The notes below the pieces were generated by a model. That model saw nothing but the letters and a program-made list of their open reading frames with translations, made no database searches and was not told the DNA's origin. A stretch of 64,000 nt of DNA from Epithemia pelagica (taxonomy: Eukaryota > Protista > Bacillariophyta). Made by a program: the position numbers and the translations under genes. Where the stretch lies: the NCBI GenBank assembly GCA_946965045.2, contig OX337234.1, positions 1,364,001 through 1,428,000 on the forward strand, given 5' to 3'. Each line of letters starts with the position of its first letter. The first letter of the stretch is position 1. Positions 45,907 through 56,861 of the stretch are shown here, in pieces.

Positions 45907-46367
45907 AACGAAGACGACGCGAACAAAAGAGAAGAATTGAAGACGATGAGTATGACGAGTCCAATCAGCCCATTTGGAAGAAGGAATGCCAACCAAAGCC
46001 AATGATTGCGGCGACACAGCCCAATTTTGTGAGGAAACGTGATTTCAAATGATGAGGGAAGAGGTAGCCCCCAGCGGGGGTGTTTCTCACTTAGAAATTT
46101 GGTTGAAACTTCTCAAAGATATCCCCGTTGGGGGATAAGGGGATTGTGGAGACTCGCCACATACTCCCGAGCGTCCTCTTCAATATGCTGGTTCGCAAAT
46201 TCCCGCCATCACGCCATCCTTTCTTCAAATCCTTTGACCATGACATTGGACAAGAGAATGGTTAGGAGCATTGCGTTGCGTTGCTGATAATCCTTTTAAT
46301 GTGCTGTTTTGTGTTTCTCTCGGTGACTTGATACAGTTTGTCGTTCCATCTCCATCCATTGAACAAA

Positions 46368-47357
46368 ATGATTGTGAGTTATTCGGAAGCCATGAATCCG
46401 TCTCGGAGGAATACCATGGAAGATAGGCATTCGATCCATTTTGCCGGCTCTTGGAAAGCCCCCGATCCTACCATGTCCTATCTGGGAATCTACGATGGTC
46501 ATGGTGGACGAGATATGGTGGACTTTTTGGAACATGCCATGCCCTTTCATGTGGCACAAGAATTGCAAGACGACGACACGGGTAGTGGAATGAAAGATGA
46601 CAATAACAGCAGCAGCAGCAGTAAGGAAATTCCTAGTATGGAAACACGGCTCGAACGGGCCTTTCTCATGGCGGATTTGCATGCCCGTCAGGTCGGCATC
46701 ACGTCTTCTGGGGCTACCGTCGCCGTTTGCTTAGTCAAGGTACGTCCATGTTAATGCGTGAGTGTGTGTGGTTTCGTCTTGGACAATCTCTGCTCATTTC
46801 TTACCTCATGATCCGTGTAGCCACTCCCCGAGTCTCATTGTATACAACTTTCAGTGGCAAATTCGGGTGATGCCCGAGTAGTCTTGGGACAACATGGCCA
46901 GCCAGCCGAACGACTGTCGGTCGACCATCGCGTGGACGATCCCCAGGAAGTCCAACGCATTGCTCAAGCCGGAGGCTTTTGCTGGAAGGGTCGCGTGTTG
47001 GGGATTTTGGCCGTCACTCGATCCCTCGGAGATCATTTGTTGAAGGAATTTGTCATTGCCGAACCGGCAGTACGACAGATCCAAATTCCCATGAATGAGA
47101 ATGGGTCAACCGAGCAAAGCGGTGCAGGAACCGAGACAAACCAAAGGACAACCTCATCGATTACAGCGCCCAGCAAACCTTCCTCATTTGTAATTTTGGC
47201 ATGTGATGGTTTGTGGGATGTCATGTCCGATCAAGAAGCGGTGGATGCCGTTCGAGAATTTGAGGGTGAGAAACGGGATGTGGCCGAAAAATTGGTGCAG
47301 GAAGGGCTCACCCGGGGATCGACGGACAACCTCACAGTGATCGTAGCGTGGCTGTGA
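46368..47357 (+). CDS. PP2C protein phosphatase; 2 exons (46368-46739, 46821-47357)
   Basis: RNTMEDRH, GIYDGHGG, SGATVAV, ANSGDARVVL, LAVTRSLGD, LACDGLWDV, GSTDNLTV; 81-bp GT-AG intron in phase. Confidence 0.93.
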
Positions 47358-47914
47358 GTCATCAAAAAGTTTGGATGTGTGCAAGTGGGTGGTTGGGGCG
47401 CCAGTGTTCGGTTGTCGTGCTGGTACATATATTTATATCAGAAAGGTCCTTCTTTATGACAAGGAAAGATACAAGAAAACGTCCTCGGTGTCGAGCAACC
47501 GTGTCTCGGGTGATCTACCAAGTGTACAGGGGAAAGCGCCATCGTGGATTCTGTCGGACCTTGGGAGACAATGAGATGAATGCATTTGAGACGCCATCGA
47601 AATTCGCAAATTGGAATGACTTTTGATCAGTCGATAGACTTTCTCAATCGGCCCATCCATTTGTTCCAGCATGGAAACCAGGGACCTTATGGCAGTTTGG
47701 AAACAACAATAGACAGGGTATCATGGAGCAGGCTACGGCTACGGGGATGAGTAGCAAAAGATGGTGAGCTAATTCTATTTTCCAGCGCTTTGGTCGCTGA
47801 TGGCGAAGTACGCGAACAGAACGTCGTCGATGTTGAATCGTGGATGGCATGGACAATGGACACCCAACAAAAGTGTCTCGAGTAACAAATCGACTGAACA
47901 ACCTTTGAAACATC

Positions 47915-48412
47915 ATGAGTGACGACCAGTTATTTCAGGCAAGAGTGCATGGAAGTGAAGAGGATTACCGTGCGGAACTATGGGAATTCCTCCAAGAATC
48001 CCGTGATATGCGATCCACTGCCAAGAGCTCGATAAAACAGGGACTGTGGGCCGGTGGAGGGGCAGTGGCGGGTGGCCTCTTGTTGGGGCCAGTCGGTGGC
48101 CTGGTGGGTGGTGTCACAGGATCACTTGTGGGATTCTTTCAATCGGACGATTACGATGGTGCCGTACAACAATTGATGAAGCTACCGGAACTGAGACAAA
48201 ACAAATTGCTTCGAGCCGTGGGGCAGGTTCTCTCGGGGGCCGCAGGAGACGCCAGTGTCGAGGATTTTTGGGAGTCACCGGAAACCTTTCGACGCACGTT
48301 GGCGGAATATGCAGGACGAAAACAAGTTCGAGACCAAATATGGCGATTGTGTACCGAGGCTATGAAAGGCGACGACGATCCCTCCTCCCCGGAAACAAAT
48401 TTGACCTCCTAA
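47915..48412 (+). CDS. Glycine-zipper membrane protein, C19orf12-like
   Basis: 165 aa; DMRSTAKSSIKQGLWAGGGAVAGGLLLGPVGGLVGGVTGSLVGFF...QQLMKLPE resembles the C19orf12 pattern (by recall). Confidence 0.65.
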   Translation: MSDDQLFQARVHGSEEDYRAELWEFLQESRDMRSTAKSSIKQGLWAGGGAVAGGLLLGPVGGLVGGVTGSLVGFFQSDDYDGAVQQLMKLPELRQNKLLRAVGQVLSGAAGDASVEDFWESPETFRRTLAEYAGRKQVRDQIWRLCTEAMKGDDDPSSPETNLTS

Positions 48413-48592
48413 ATCGGTAAAGACGTAGGACCGCTATTTTTGTTTACGCAGTGCTCCACTTTAAGAAATAGTAGTCTGCCTGGTACCCTGAGATATCTGA
48501 AAGCATGAGGTTGTGGGTCGATCGTCGTTCAACATTCGTTCGTTTGAACAAGAAACAGCGTTGATAAACCAAAAATAACCTACTGCAGACAG

Positions 48593-48704
48593 TCCGCGAT
48601 AGTATAGTGGCTAGTATCCCCGCCTGTCACTGGCGCTCCATCCGTGGAGGAAAGATACATGCACCTGAACGCGGGAGACCGGGGTTCGATTCCCCGTCGC
48701 GGAG
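48593..48704 (+). tRNA. trnD-GUC: tRNA-Asp(GTC) with a 40-nt intron at the canonical 37/38 position (48630-48669)
   Basis: Acceptor TCCGCGA/TCGCGGA + discriminator G; D-arm AGTATAGTGGCTAGTAT; anticodon stem CCCGC/GCGGG with CT-GTC-A; T-loop GGTTCGATTCC; TTTTT terminator at 48708. Confidence 0.95.
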
Positions 48705-48877
48705 TCATTTTTGAAATTTTTGTATCGCTCTGTGCGACTGTGTATGTAGTGTACTTGTGTCGGAACGTCAGCACATGATGATTGATGTGTGACTTTCGTA
48801 CTACTTCGTACCAACAACCAACAAATCTCAAAATTCTTTCTCTATCCGTATTCTCTCCCATCTCACATGCCAAAATC

Positions 48878-50215
48878 ATGGTGGACAATCGGATGACAAC
48901 TGTTCCTGGCCAGCCGTCAACAAAAGCTACAACAACTGAGGAGCATCAACATAATAGGTCATCAATGACCTCAATGGATTGCAGTGACACTGATGGCGGC
49001 GATGCCATGAGCAAGAGTGCAGTGTCATTGTCCGTTGTTCCTACCTATGGCGCTTCTGGTCGGCATGACCGTCGGGACAATGGGCCTTGGGACTTACCGG
49101 CCGGTGCGGAAATGATAATCAAGCAAATGGCGGCTGAGCGCATTTTTCTGGAAATTGTGGACTGTGTAATGGATGACACTCGCAATCCGGACTACCGACA
49201 GCTTACTTACTTGCTCCACGAATTCCCTGGCCTATGCCATCGCAAATATGAGATCAAGTGGGAAAATGATGGCCGTCGAAACTTATATCCTCTATCTATT
49301 CTATGCTGCTTGCAGCCTCCACTGGAGTTGCTCAAGTTTGTGTATCAAGTTTTTCCTTCAGCGCTGACAGATACGGAAGCTGTAAAGGGAACAATGGCAT
49401 TTCACTATGCCTGCACCTTTCAAGCCTCGTTGGATGTCGTTGAGTGGATGATGGAACTTGATCGGAAACTCCTGAATACACCACGAAAAGATGGCATGTA
49501 TGCCCTTCACCTCGCTGTTTTCTTTAAGGCACCTCCAGAGGTGGTTGACAGACTGATGAACGCGTGGCCGGAGGGCCTTGTTTTGGACTACACAGGGGAA
49601 TGGTCCCTCCTGCACGCTGCAGCTGCTGGTAAAGCGGATATTAGCCTTGTTCGAAAGCTGTACGAAGCAAACCCTCAAAGTATCACATGTCTGGACGAAA
49701 GACGAAGAACACCGCTACACCAGGCATGCTGGAAGAGAGGCAATCCAGAGGTAGTTGCATTTCTTCTGGAGAAGGGCCCACAGGTACTCTACATGGAAGA
49801 CGACCAAGGCGATACTCCAATGTTTCGAGCTGTGCGGAATCAGTCGTTGGAAGTGGTCCGACTTTTGCTTCCCGACGATCCGCCACTGGATGATATGGGA
49901 GCGACTCTGTTGCATTTTGCCACATTGGACAACACAGTCGACGTCGTCGACTTTTTGCTGGAAGAACATCCAAATATGGCAGTGATGCACACACAGGAAC
50001 GCGACCGATACACACCTTTGCACAGTGCTTGCCATTTCAGCAATGACTTGGCGACCGTACAAACCCTTGTCAGACACAATCCTAGCCTGGTCAACACGGT
50101 CAATGGACATGGCAAAACTCCATTGGAAACTGCCCGAGAGTTCAGCTCCTCAAAAGAGATTGTTGAATTCATGGAGAGCGTGACACCGTGCGCCAAGAAC
50201 CTACAAAACAGTTAG
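48878..50215 (+). CDS. Ankyrin-repeat protein (paralog 1)
   Basis: Repeated TPLHQAC, TLLHFA, TPLHSAC, GKTPLETA. Confidence 0.9.
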   Translation: MVDNRMTTVPGQPSTKATTTEEHQHNRSSMTSMDCSDTDGGDAMSKSAVSLSVVPTYGASGRHDRRDNGPWDLPAGAEMIIKQMAAERIFLEIVDCVMDDTRNPDYRQLTYLLHEFPGLCHRKYEIKWENDGRRNLYPLSILCCLQPPLELLKFVYQVFPSALTDTEAVKGTMAFHYACTFQASLDVVEWMMELDRKLLNTPRKDGMYALHLAVFFKAPPEVVDRLMNAWPEGLVLDYTGEWSLLHAAAAGKADISLVRKLYEANPQSITCLDERRRTPLHQACWKRGNPEVVAFLLEKGPQVLYMEDDQGDTPMFRAVRNQSLEVVRLLLPDDPPLDDMGATLLHFATLDNTVDVVDFLLEEHPNMAVMHTQERDRYTPLHSACHFSNDLATVQTLVRHNPSLVNTVNGHGKTPLETAREFSSSKEIVEFMESVTPCAKNLQNS

Positions 50216-51596
50216 CTAGTTATGAAGTGAATCTACGTTAACACTTTGCCAATGTATATACCAGAATATTTCGCTATTACGCTATCCGACCTTAGAAGCA
50301 GCTGTCCCGTAAAGAAAGATGATCATGCCTATGCTTGTAGGAGAACGAGTTATGAGAGATGAGTTCGTCGTGAACAGTGGTAGTCGTACGAATGCCGTCG
50401 AACGAACCCGAAAACGGGAGTACCTAGAGGAGTCCCAGCCTCTACTCCTTACTTTAGTACTGCTAGCATCGCTAGCTATCGGATGGATGCCAGTCGCGAA
50501 ACTCATAACCTATTGTGTTCGATCTTCGAGCATCACAGAGGGAGGCCATGGTGTCTGCATTCGAGGAGCGTCCCGTCTTTTCCGTTTCTTACGGAACTTG
50601 GCCGAGGACAGTATGCTTCTTGGGGAAATTCCCCGGACGCAATGGCAGAAAGTGCCTGCCCGGAAACGGGTACCTGTGATCCAGCCCCTTTCGATTTCCA
50701 ACGGTGATGACACGAGCCGGTGTGGAAGTGGGCCGGATGGCAGCCGTCGAAGCAAAGTTATGCGCAATCACAGAACGGGGATTATCCATGGCCTCTCCCT
50801 CTCCCCCCTTTTCTATGCGTGCGATTCCAACTGGTGTTGGATGCAGGTTGTGTCTCGTTTTGGAAACCTGTAGGGGCACTAGTTGCTGCCCTGTTGTTCG
50901 ATTCAACCGCACATGCATACTTGTTACGGATTGGTTGTTGGCCTTGGTTTGGTACGGAGCGTTTTGTTTGTTATGAATTTGGGTGAAAAATGTCATAATT
51001 TCGGTAGGTGCTGGCTTGCACATGGATCTGGGGTTTTCTTGCTTTGTCTCTCTCTTACAGGAATTGAATACTTAGTATTACAGATGCAGGAACGATTGAA
51101 AGCGGGGCAATCATTCGGTGAATATTTTGAATCACAAAGAAGACGGGTATCATCATTCTGTTGTCACTGGAGGACCGACAGGGAGTCTGTGGTCCAATTG
51201 GTTCCTCTCTTGACGAGATGCGACTGTTGACTTGCACAGACTGAAGCGACTGCATCACAAACAGGAAACTATACCAGAAAGACAGTAACACGCGTTGGAA
51301 TAGAAACTGCCGACTTGGGTTCTGGGAGAGAGCTTGACGACGAGCTGACTTTATCATTTTGTTGCTTCGCGTAAACTGGATGGCAGGAATATAGACTACG
51401 CTTCCCACCATACTTCACTATATCGTAATATAGTGTTGCGAGGGACTTAATAGAACATTCTCCTTGAAGGACAGTCGACATTACACGTCTCCATCGGAAG
51501 TTTGAGGCATTCCTCGTCGTGAGTTTACTCCTCTAGAAGTATTCGTATTAACATCATTAGGTAAGCTAGCTGAGTCCCGATCGATTCGGGATTTGG

Positions 51597-53006
51597 ATGT
51601 ATTATGACCTTGTCATGACTTCGGCAAAGATTCTGATAAAGAAACCGGCCATGGTGGCAGCACTTTCATCGAGCACATCGACATCGGAAGTCAACACGAA
51701 TCGTTCGGCTGGTATGCTGAGGCAATCTACCGCGGCAAACGTTCCATCGGTCTCGGACCCACCTCCTCACGAAGCGCCTCTCGATCATGCATCTTCTGCC
51801 AAGTCCAGGTCCAGCAAGCCTCCTGCCTCCTGGAACCTCATGATTCGTCAACAATTTTCACTCTCCGCCATTGTACCATGGATTCGGTCTTTGTGCAGTA
51901 TCAAGTTGTTTGTCTTGCTGGTCCTATGTTTCCAAAACTCCATGTTCACGATTTTGCGAAGATACAGTCAAGGTGTCTTGCAAGAGACATACTCCAAGTA
52001 CGAAGTTTTACTCGCAGGGGAAGCCATGAAACTCTTGTTTTCTGCTTTTATGGTTCGAAACTGGCTTAAAGAGAATGCTGCCAAGACTACCGATTTACCC
52101 GAGAGTAGTCCTTTGATGAATTCTACCGATCTTAGTTCCCCTCCTGGTGGCAATAATTTGCAGAAGCATTTGTGGTATTTGGTATCTAAAAGTCACAAAA
52201 TGTTGGTCTTGGCACTCATTTATGGAGCCATGAATATATTGTCCTTTGTGTCATTGCGAAACATTGGCGCTGGACTGTTTACCGTCTTTGCACAATGCAA
52301 AATCTTGACGACCGCCACCTTTTCCACCCTCTTGTTACAACGGCATTATTCCGCCACCAAATGGCGGGCCTTGTTGGGTTTAATGTTTGGTGTCTTGCTC
52401 TTTAGTGAACCAATTTGGAGTCAAAGCAATTTGTTGCTCGAGTCTTCCTCCTCCAACCAAGAAACGACGAGCACCGGTGAAAAGGCAAATCCATTTTTGG
52501 GAACTGCAGCCGTCTTGGCCGAAGTTACCCTTTCGGGCTTTGCCTCCATTTACTTTGAAAAGGTTATCAAACTGGACCCCCTCAAGTTGACCATTTGGGA
52601 ACGTAATTTTCAATTGGCCTTGACTAGTTTTCCCGTGTATCTCGCCTTTATTGTCGCCGATGGTGGTGGTCCATCGGGGCAGATTGGAGGCGGTTGGTCT
52701 TGGTTGACCTGGACCGTTGCCGCCTTTGGAGCGGCCGGAGGGTTGTTGGTGGCCTTGTCCATCAAGTATGGCGATGCGATCTTAAAGACCTTGGCCACAA
52801 CGGGGGCAATTGTCCTCAGTAGTGTTTTGGATCACTTGGTGCTGGGCGGACCGCTTACACCCACCATGATGATTGCCGGTGTTCAAGTCATTTTGTCTAT
52901 TTTCAATTACACCTTTGACATGACACCACCACCCGCTCCTGCGAAACCTCCGGAGGATCCTCCCTCAATGACTGAAAAGGGGACCTCAAAAGGAAACGAT
53001 GTATGA
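51597..53006 (+). CDS. Nucleotide-sugar transporter (SLC35A/UDP-Gal-CMP-Sia family)
   Basis: Multi-TM; ILRRYSQG, LIYGAMNILSF, FAQCKILTTA, SGFASIYFEKVIK, WERNFQL, IKYGDAILKTLAT. Confidence 0.93.
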   Translation: MYYDLVMTSAKILIKKPAMVAALSSSTSTSEVNTNRSAGMLRQSTAANVPSVSDPPPHEAPLDHASSAKSRSSKPPASWNLMIRQQFSLSAIVPWIRSLCSIKLFVLLVLCFQNSMFTILRRYSQGVLQETYSKYEVLLAGEAMKLLFSAFMVRNWLKENAAKTTDLPESSPLMNSTDLSSPPGGNNLQKHLWYLVSKSHKMLVLALIYGAMNILSFVSLRNIGAGLFTVFAQCKILTTATFSTLLLQRHYSATKWRALLGLMFGVLLFSEPIWSQSNLLLESSSSNQETTSTGEKANPFLGTAAVLAEVTLSGFASIYFEKVIKLDPLKLTIWERNFQLALTSFPVYLAFIVADGGGPSGQIGGGWSWLTWTVAAFGAAGGLLVALSIKYGDAILKTLATTGAIVLSSVLDHLVLGGPLTPTMMIAGVQVILSIFNYTFDMTPPPAPAKPPEDPPSMTEKGTSKGNDV

Positions 53007-53444
53007 CAAAGTTAGCTATGCCCGTTCAAAACGAGCCACTGTGAATACATTTGGATCACGCAGCTGAAGTTTGGGGGGAGAGAACATTTTGGCTTGAAGC
53101 ACTTGCATGAGTTTGCAATGGGATTCTGTTGAGTTCATAAAATCCTCCTCGTTCAAGCACAAATCGTGAACACGGCAATCATTGCTTGTTCAACGTGTGT
53201 AGAGTCATGATCATGATTCATTGTTGGAGGAAAACAAGTAGCTAGAGAGATGCAGGGAAATCAGCGTCGGGATGAGTTAGTAATATATAGGTAGTGTTGT
53301 TGTTCCCAAGAAAACTGTAGGAGCCAAGTCCAGTCCAGAAGATGTGTTTGTTCGAAATGGATCTCTCGTCGTATACGAGTGGCATTGTGGGAAACAATGA
53401 ATCAATGGCAATTTTGTTGGTATGCTACTAGCTTTCTATGATTC

Positions 53445-55019
53445 CTACGAACGCCCTCGAGTGGGTCTCCATCGTGCCTTTTCTTCCGGTCGAAAGGGTA
53501 TTTTGTGCGTCGAACCGTCATCCTCAAAGGTCACTGTCATGAGCATATATTCTTCTCCGGTTCGATCGTCCACGATCAATTCGGGATCTTCCACCACCAC
53601 ACCTTGACACCATTCATACTCTTCGTTCCAAAAGTATTCGACCTCCGTTCCCTTCCCAAAGACAGATTTGGGTGGCAATTGCGGTCGTCCCACTTGCAAA
53701 TCGCGTTGCATTTCATCCGTTTGATCGGTCACAGCCTTGGCCATGCGACGTGCCCGTCCCATACGGACTGTCTCTTCGACGTGTTGGGTCACCAACCGCA
53801 ATCGTTCCACACTGTCTGTCACTTCCAACATTGTTCGACGAATGCCAGCCTTGAGTTCGGCCAATTCAGCGGCAAAAAAGGCCAAGGCAAACCATCGTTC
53901 GTTTGCTGGTACCATGGACAATTCATCCACCACATAGCCCTGAAAGACTTGAAGGAGAGCAGCCGTTTCTTCAGCCGCTTCTTGTTGAATATTGACATTG
54001 TTGCCACCCCCATTGCCTCCTTCCATGAGCGATCGTTCCAAAGGGGACATGGTTTGTTGTCGTTCGTCGACCACGGCTAATTGTTGATCGACATACTCGG
54101 ACAAGGCTTGCATCAAGCGTTGTTCCAATTCACGAGGTGTCAAACTGGTATAGTCATCAAACATATCGTCGTCGTCGTCGTCATCATCATCGTCGTCCTG
54201 AAAACGTTGCGCTACCAAGCCGTCCTTGTCATCAGTACTATCCAAAGAGTCTGGCAATTCCTCTACGACTGCAACGACAAAAGGGACAGTTTGCTTAATT
54301 TCTCGCACGACGAATCGGTACAATCCACGACACAAGACACTTTGAGGTGAGGACGACAACAAGTCTTGGGCGTACTCGGTTGGTTTGTCTTGGTCGTCGC
54401 CACTGTCGTTTGCCAATGATTCCAAGGAGGGAGACAAGACTTGCACAACACACCCAATGGCTCCTACCCAATCATCCTCGTTTGGTTTGGATACAACTTG
54501 TCCAAAGCAATGTTGAATGGGACCATCATCCAGAGAATAGTCGCCACGTTCCATGGCTGCTTCCACAATGGTCTTGTGAATGGGAAGGGCCATTTCCATA
54601 ACGTACAGATTCAAGGACGCTGACAAGACATCTGGCAAGTGACTACCCGGCAGGGCTTGAATCATTTGGCGCCTTCCAGTCTTGTCGTCGTCATCATCAT
54701 CATCTTCATCCTTGTCGTTCCAAGACGATAAATCCAAGAGTGGAATCTCAAGTCCCTGGTTCCATCCATTACTACTGCTGCTGCCGCTGGAGCTGTCAGT
54801 GTCGGAATCCTCGTCGTCAAACAAGTTTCGACACGTTCGACGATGTTGGATAGACCATGATGGTGTGTCAGCTCTAGGAAACAAGAAGGAGGAGGCCGTT
54901 TCTGTCGAAGATGGCGCCACAAAGGCACCTCCCACCACGGACACCAAGCCAGTGGCAGCCACGAACAGCACAATGGGACGTTGTAGCAGTAAGGGAGGAG
55001 TCCACATCCTCTTGCTCAT
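53445..55019 (-). CDS. LON-protease N-terminal (substrate-binding) domain protein, probably plastid-targeted, with a C-terminal Tudor/SH3-like segment
   Basis: Signal-like LFVAATGLVSVVGG-AFVAP; LPGSHL...LNLYVME; GAIGCVVQV; CRGLYRFVV..I.QTVPF.VAVVEE; C-terminal VEYFWNEEYEWCQGVV. Confidence 0.75.
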   Translation of the reverse strand: MSKRMWTPPLLLQRPIVLFVAATGLVSVVGGAFVAPSSTETASSFLFPRADTPSWSIQHRRTCRNLFDDEDSDTDSSSGSSSSNGWNQGLEIPLLDLSSWNDKDEDDDDDDDKTGRRQMIQALPGSHLPDVLSASLNLYVMEMALPIHKTIVEAAMERGDYSLDDGPIQHCFGQVVSKPNEDDWVGAIGCVVQVLSPSLESLANDSGDDQDKPTEYAQDLLSSSPQSVLCRGLYRFVVREIKQTVPFVVAVVEELPDSLDSTDDKDGLVAQRFQDDDDDDDDDDDMFDDYTSLTPRELEQRLMQALSEYVDQQLAVVDERQQTMSPLERSLMEGGNGGGNNVNIQQEAAEETAALLQVFQGYVVDELSMVPANERWFALAFFAAELAELKAGIRRTMLEVTDSVERLRLVTQHVEETVRMGRARRMAKAVTDQTDEMQRDLQVGRPQLPPKSVFGKGTEVEYFWNEEYEWCQGVVVEDPELIVDDRTGEEYMLMTVTFEDDGSTHKIPFRPEEKARWRPTRGRS

Positions 55020-55334
55020 GGCAATGCGAAAAATAAGTGCGAGACACTTCGAGAGAGAAGGTATCTTTTTGAACACAGCTAACATTGCTACCCTTAGTAT
55101 ACAGCTAGCTACTAGTAGGAGTAACCTTAGTTCGAAAGGCAGCCTGTAGACTCGCGTAATCCACTCTTTTTTCTTTTTAGAGCCTGTGACGATGGCAGCG
55201 ATAGGTGCCTTCTCCAGATGTCTTGAGTGCCGATACAAAGACGACACGTTCAAAACAATCAGGGTCCACTACGGTTTGCTCCACCAAACGAATCGCAGTT
55301 GGTCCCCCTCTCATCCTCATCCTCCTTCCTACTA

Positions 55335-56861
55335 CTACAAGGGTTCATCCGGAAAGGTACTGGGATGTCGCGTGGGACAGACACAAACCCCGGATTTTCG
55401 TTGACAGAGGGGACAAACAGTGGGACTTCGGGCTGGTTTTTTGGGTGGTGTCACTTTGGTCAAAAAGTCGATAATTTCTTGCGCCGAACCCACTTCCTTG
55501 GCAGTCTCCAAGGGTGTTTTGCCATCTCCATTGGACAAGGTAAGGACTTGGGGACAATAACGTACCATGGCTTGAAAATTGGCCAAATTCGAGGACTCGT
55601 AGGGTCGACTTGGGATTGGTTTTCGAGACGAGGTGGTGTTTAAATGGCGGGCGGTACTATTGTAATGACAAGCACTGTGCATAGGTGTATACCGGTCTCG
55701 ACAATGTGTTTGAACGGTCGCCATTTCCGGATAGTTTTGCAGCAAATATTCTACGACATCTTCGGTATTGTCCAAGGCGGCAAAATGCAACAAGGTGGCA
55801 CCCAAATCATCCAAGGGTGGATAGGGCGGAGGAGTCTCCGTGTTGTTGGTTTGGTCCTCCCACCAAACAAAATCGTCGTCCTCATTGCGAGGAAGAGCCG
55901 ACAGTAAAAATTGCATGACTTCTAAGGATTGATTCCTTGAGGCACGAAACAAGGGTGTTTCCGTCGAGTCGTCCTCCATACTAAGCGCCTGTGGAGCACA
56001 TTGGACCAAATACTGCACCACGGGTAAATTGCCTCGTTTCCAACAGGCTTGATGAAGTGGTGTCCGCCGTCGTTCGTCCAATGAGAGGGCACTTTCTGGA
56101 TTGAGTTCATAGACTCGCTTGACCAGGCTTAAACTGGCTTGACCGGCCGAAGCAGCATGCAAAATGGACCATTCGCCCTCATAGTCACGTTCGGCCGCTT
56201 CCGGCCATTCTTCCAACAAACGATCGACCACATTCATGGGAGATTTAAAAAATATAGCCAAATGCAATGGATACATACCATCTCGACGTGGTATCTGGAC
56301 AAAGGAAGGATCTTTCCGAATCATCCAATCCACCACTTGTAACGATGCTTGAAAGGTGCAGGCATAATGAAACGGCATTGTCCCCTTGACCGATTCCTTG
56401 TGATGCAAGGCATCTGGATACGCTTGGTACATGAATTCTAGCAAGTCTACATCCGGGGGTTGCAGGCAAGCGAGAATGGCCAGTGGATAGAGTTCTCGTG
56501 TTTCATCTTCTTGGTCCCATTGAATTATGAAGGTGCGATGACACAAGCCAGGATACTGACGGATCAAATGTGTCAATTGTGCATGATCGGCCCGTCGTGA
56601 TTCATCCACCACCACTTGATCGACCATTTCCCAAAAGATTTGCTCCGCAGCAATTTGTTTCACAATCCAGGCGGCCCCTTCTGGTATCTTCCAGGGTCCC
56701 TTTTCGTTGTAATCATTCCAGGATTCATCCTCCTCGTCCTTCATGCTTGTTGTCGTTGGATCGCAGTCACTCTTGCGTTGAAGCGATCGGTTTTCTGCTT
56801 TCTCACAGGACAAAGATGACGAGTCAGGTTGATCAATTAGAGACTGATATGGTACATCCAT
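55335..56861 (-). CDS. Ankyrin-repeat protein (paralog 2)
   Basis: 508 aa; shares GPW.IP.GA, KGTM.FHYACTFQASL, RRTPLHQACWKRGN, PLDD.GATLLHFA.LDNT and DRYTP.HSACH with paralog 1. Confidence 0.9.
   Translation of the reverse strand: MDVPYQSLIDQPDSSSLSCEKAENRSLQRKSDCDPTTTSMKDEEDESWNDYNEKGPWKIPEGAAWIVKQIAAEQIFWEMVDQVVVDESRRADHAQLTHLIRQYPGLCHRTFIIQWDQEDETRELYPLAILACLQPPDVDLLEFMYQAYPDALHHKESVKGTMPFHYACTFQASLQVVDWMIRKDPSFVQIPRRDGMYPLHLAIFFKSPMNVVDRLLEEWPEAAERDYEGEWSILHAASAGQASLSLVKRVYELNPESALSLDERRRTPLHQACWKRGNLPVVQYLVQCAPQALSMEDDSTETPLFRASRNQSLEVMQFLLSALPRNEDDDFVWWEDQTNNTETPPPYPPLDDLGATLLHFAALDNTEDVVEYLLQNYPEMATVQTHCRDRYTPMHSACHYNSTARHLNTTSSRKPIPSRPYESSNLANFQAMVRYCPQVLTLSNGDGKTPLETAKEVGSAQEIIDFLTKVTPPKKPARSPTVCPLCQRKSGVCVCPTRHPSTFPDEPL

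Noticed and set aside
50319-51411. Several 100-185-aa ORFs between the ankyrin gene and the sugar transporter
   Set aside because: Overlapping on both strands, with no domain signal or coding-like composition.
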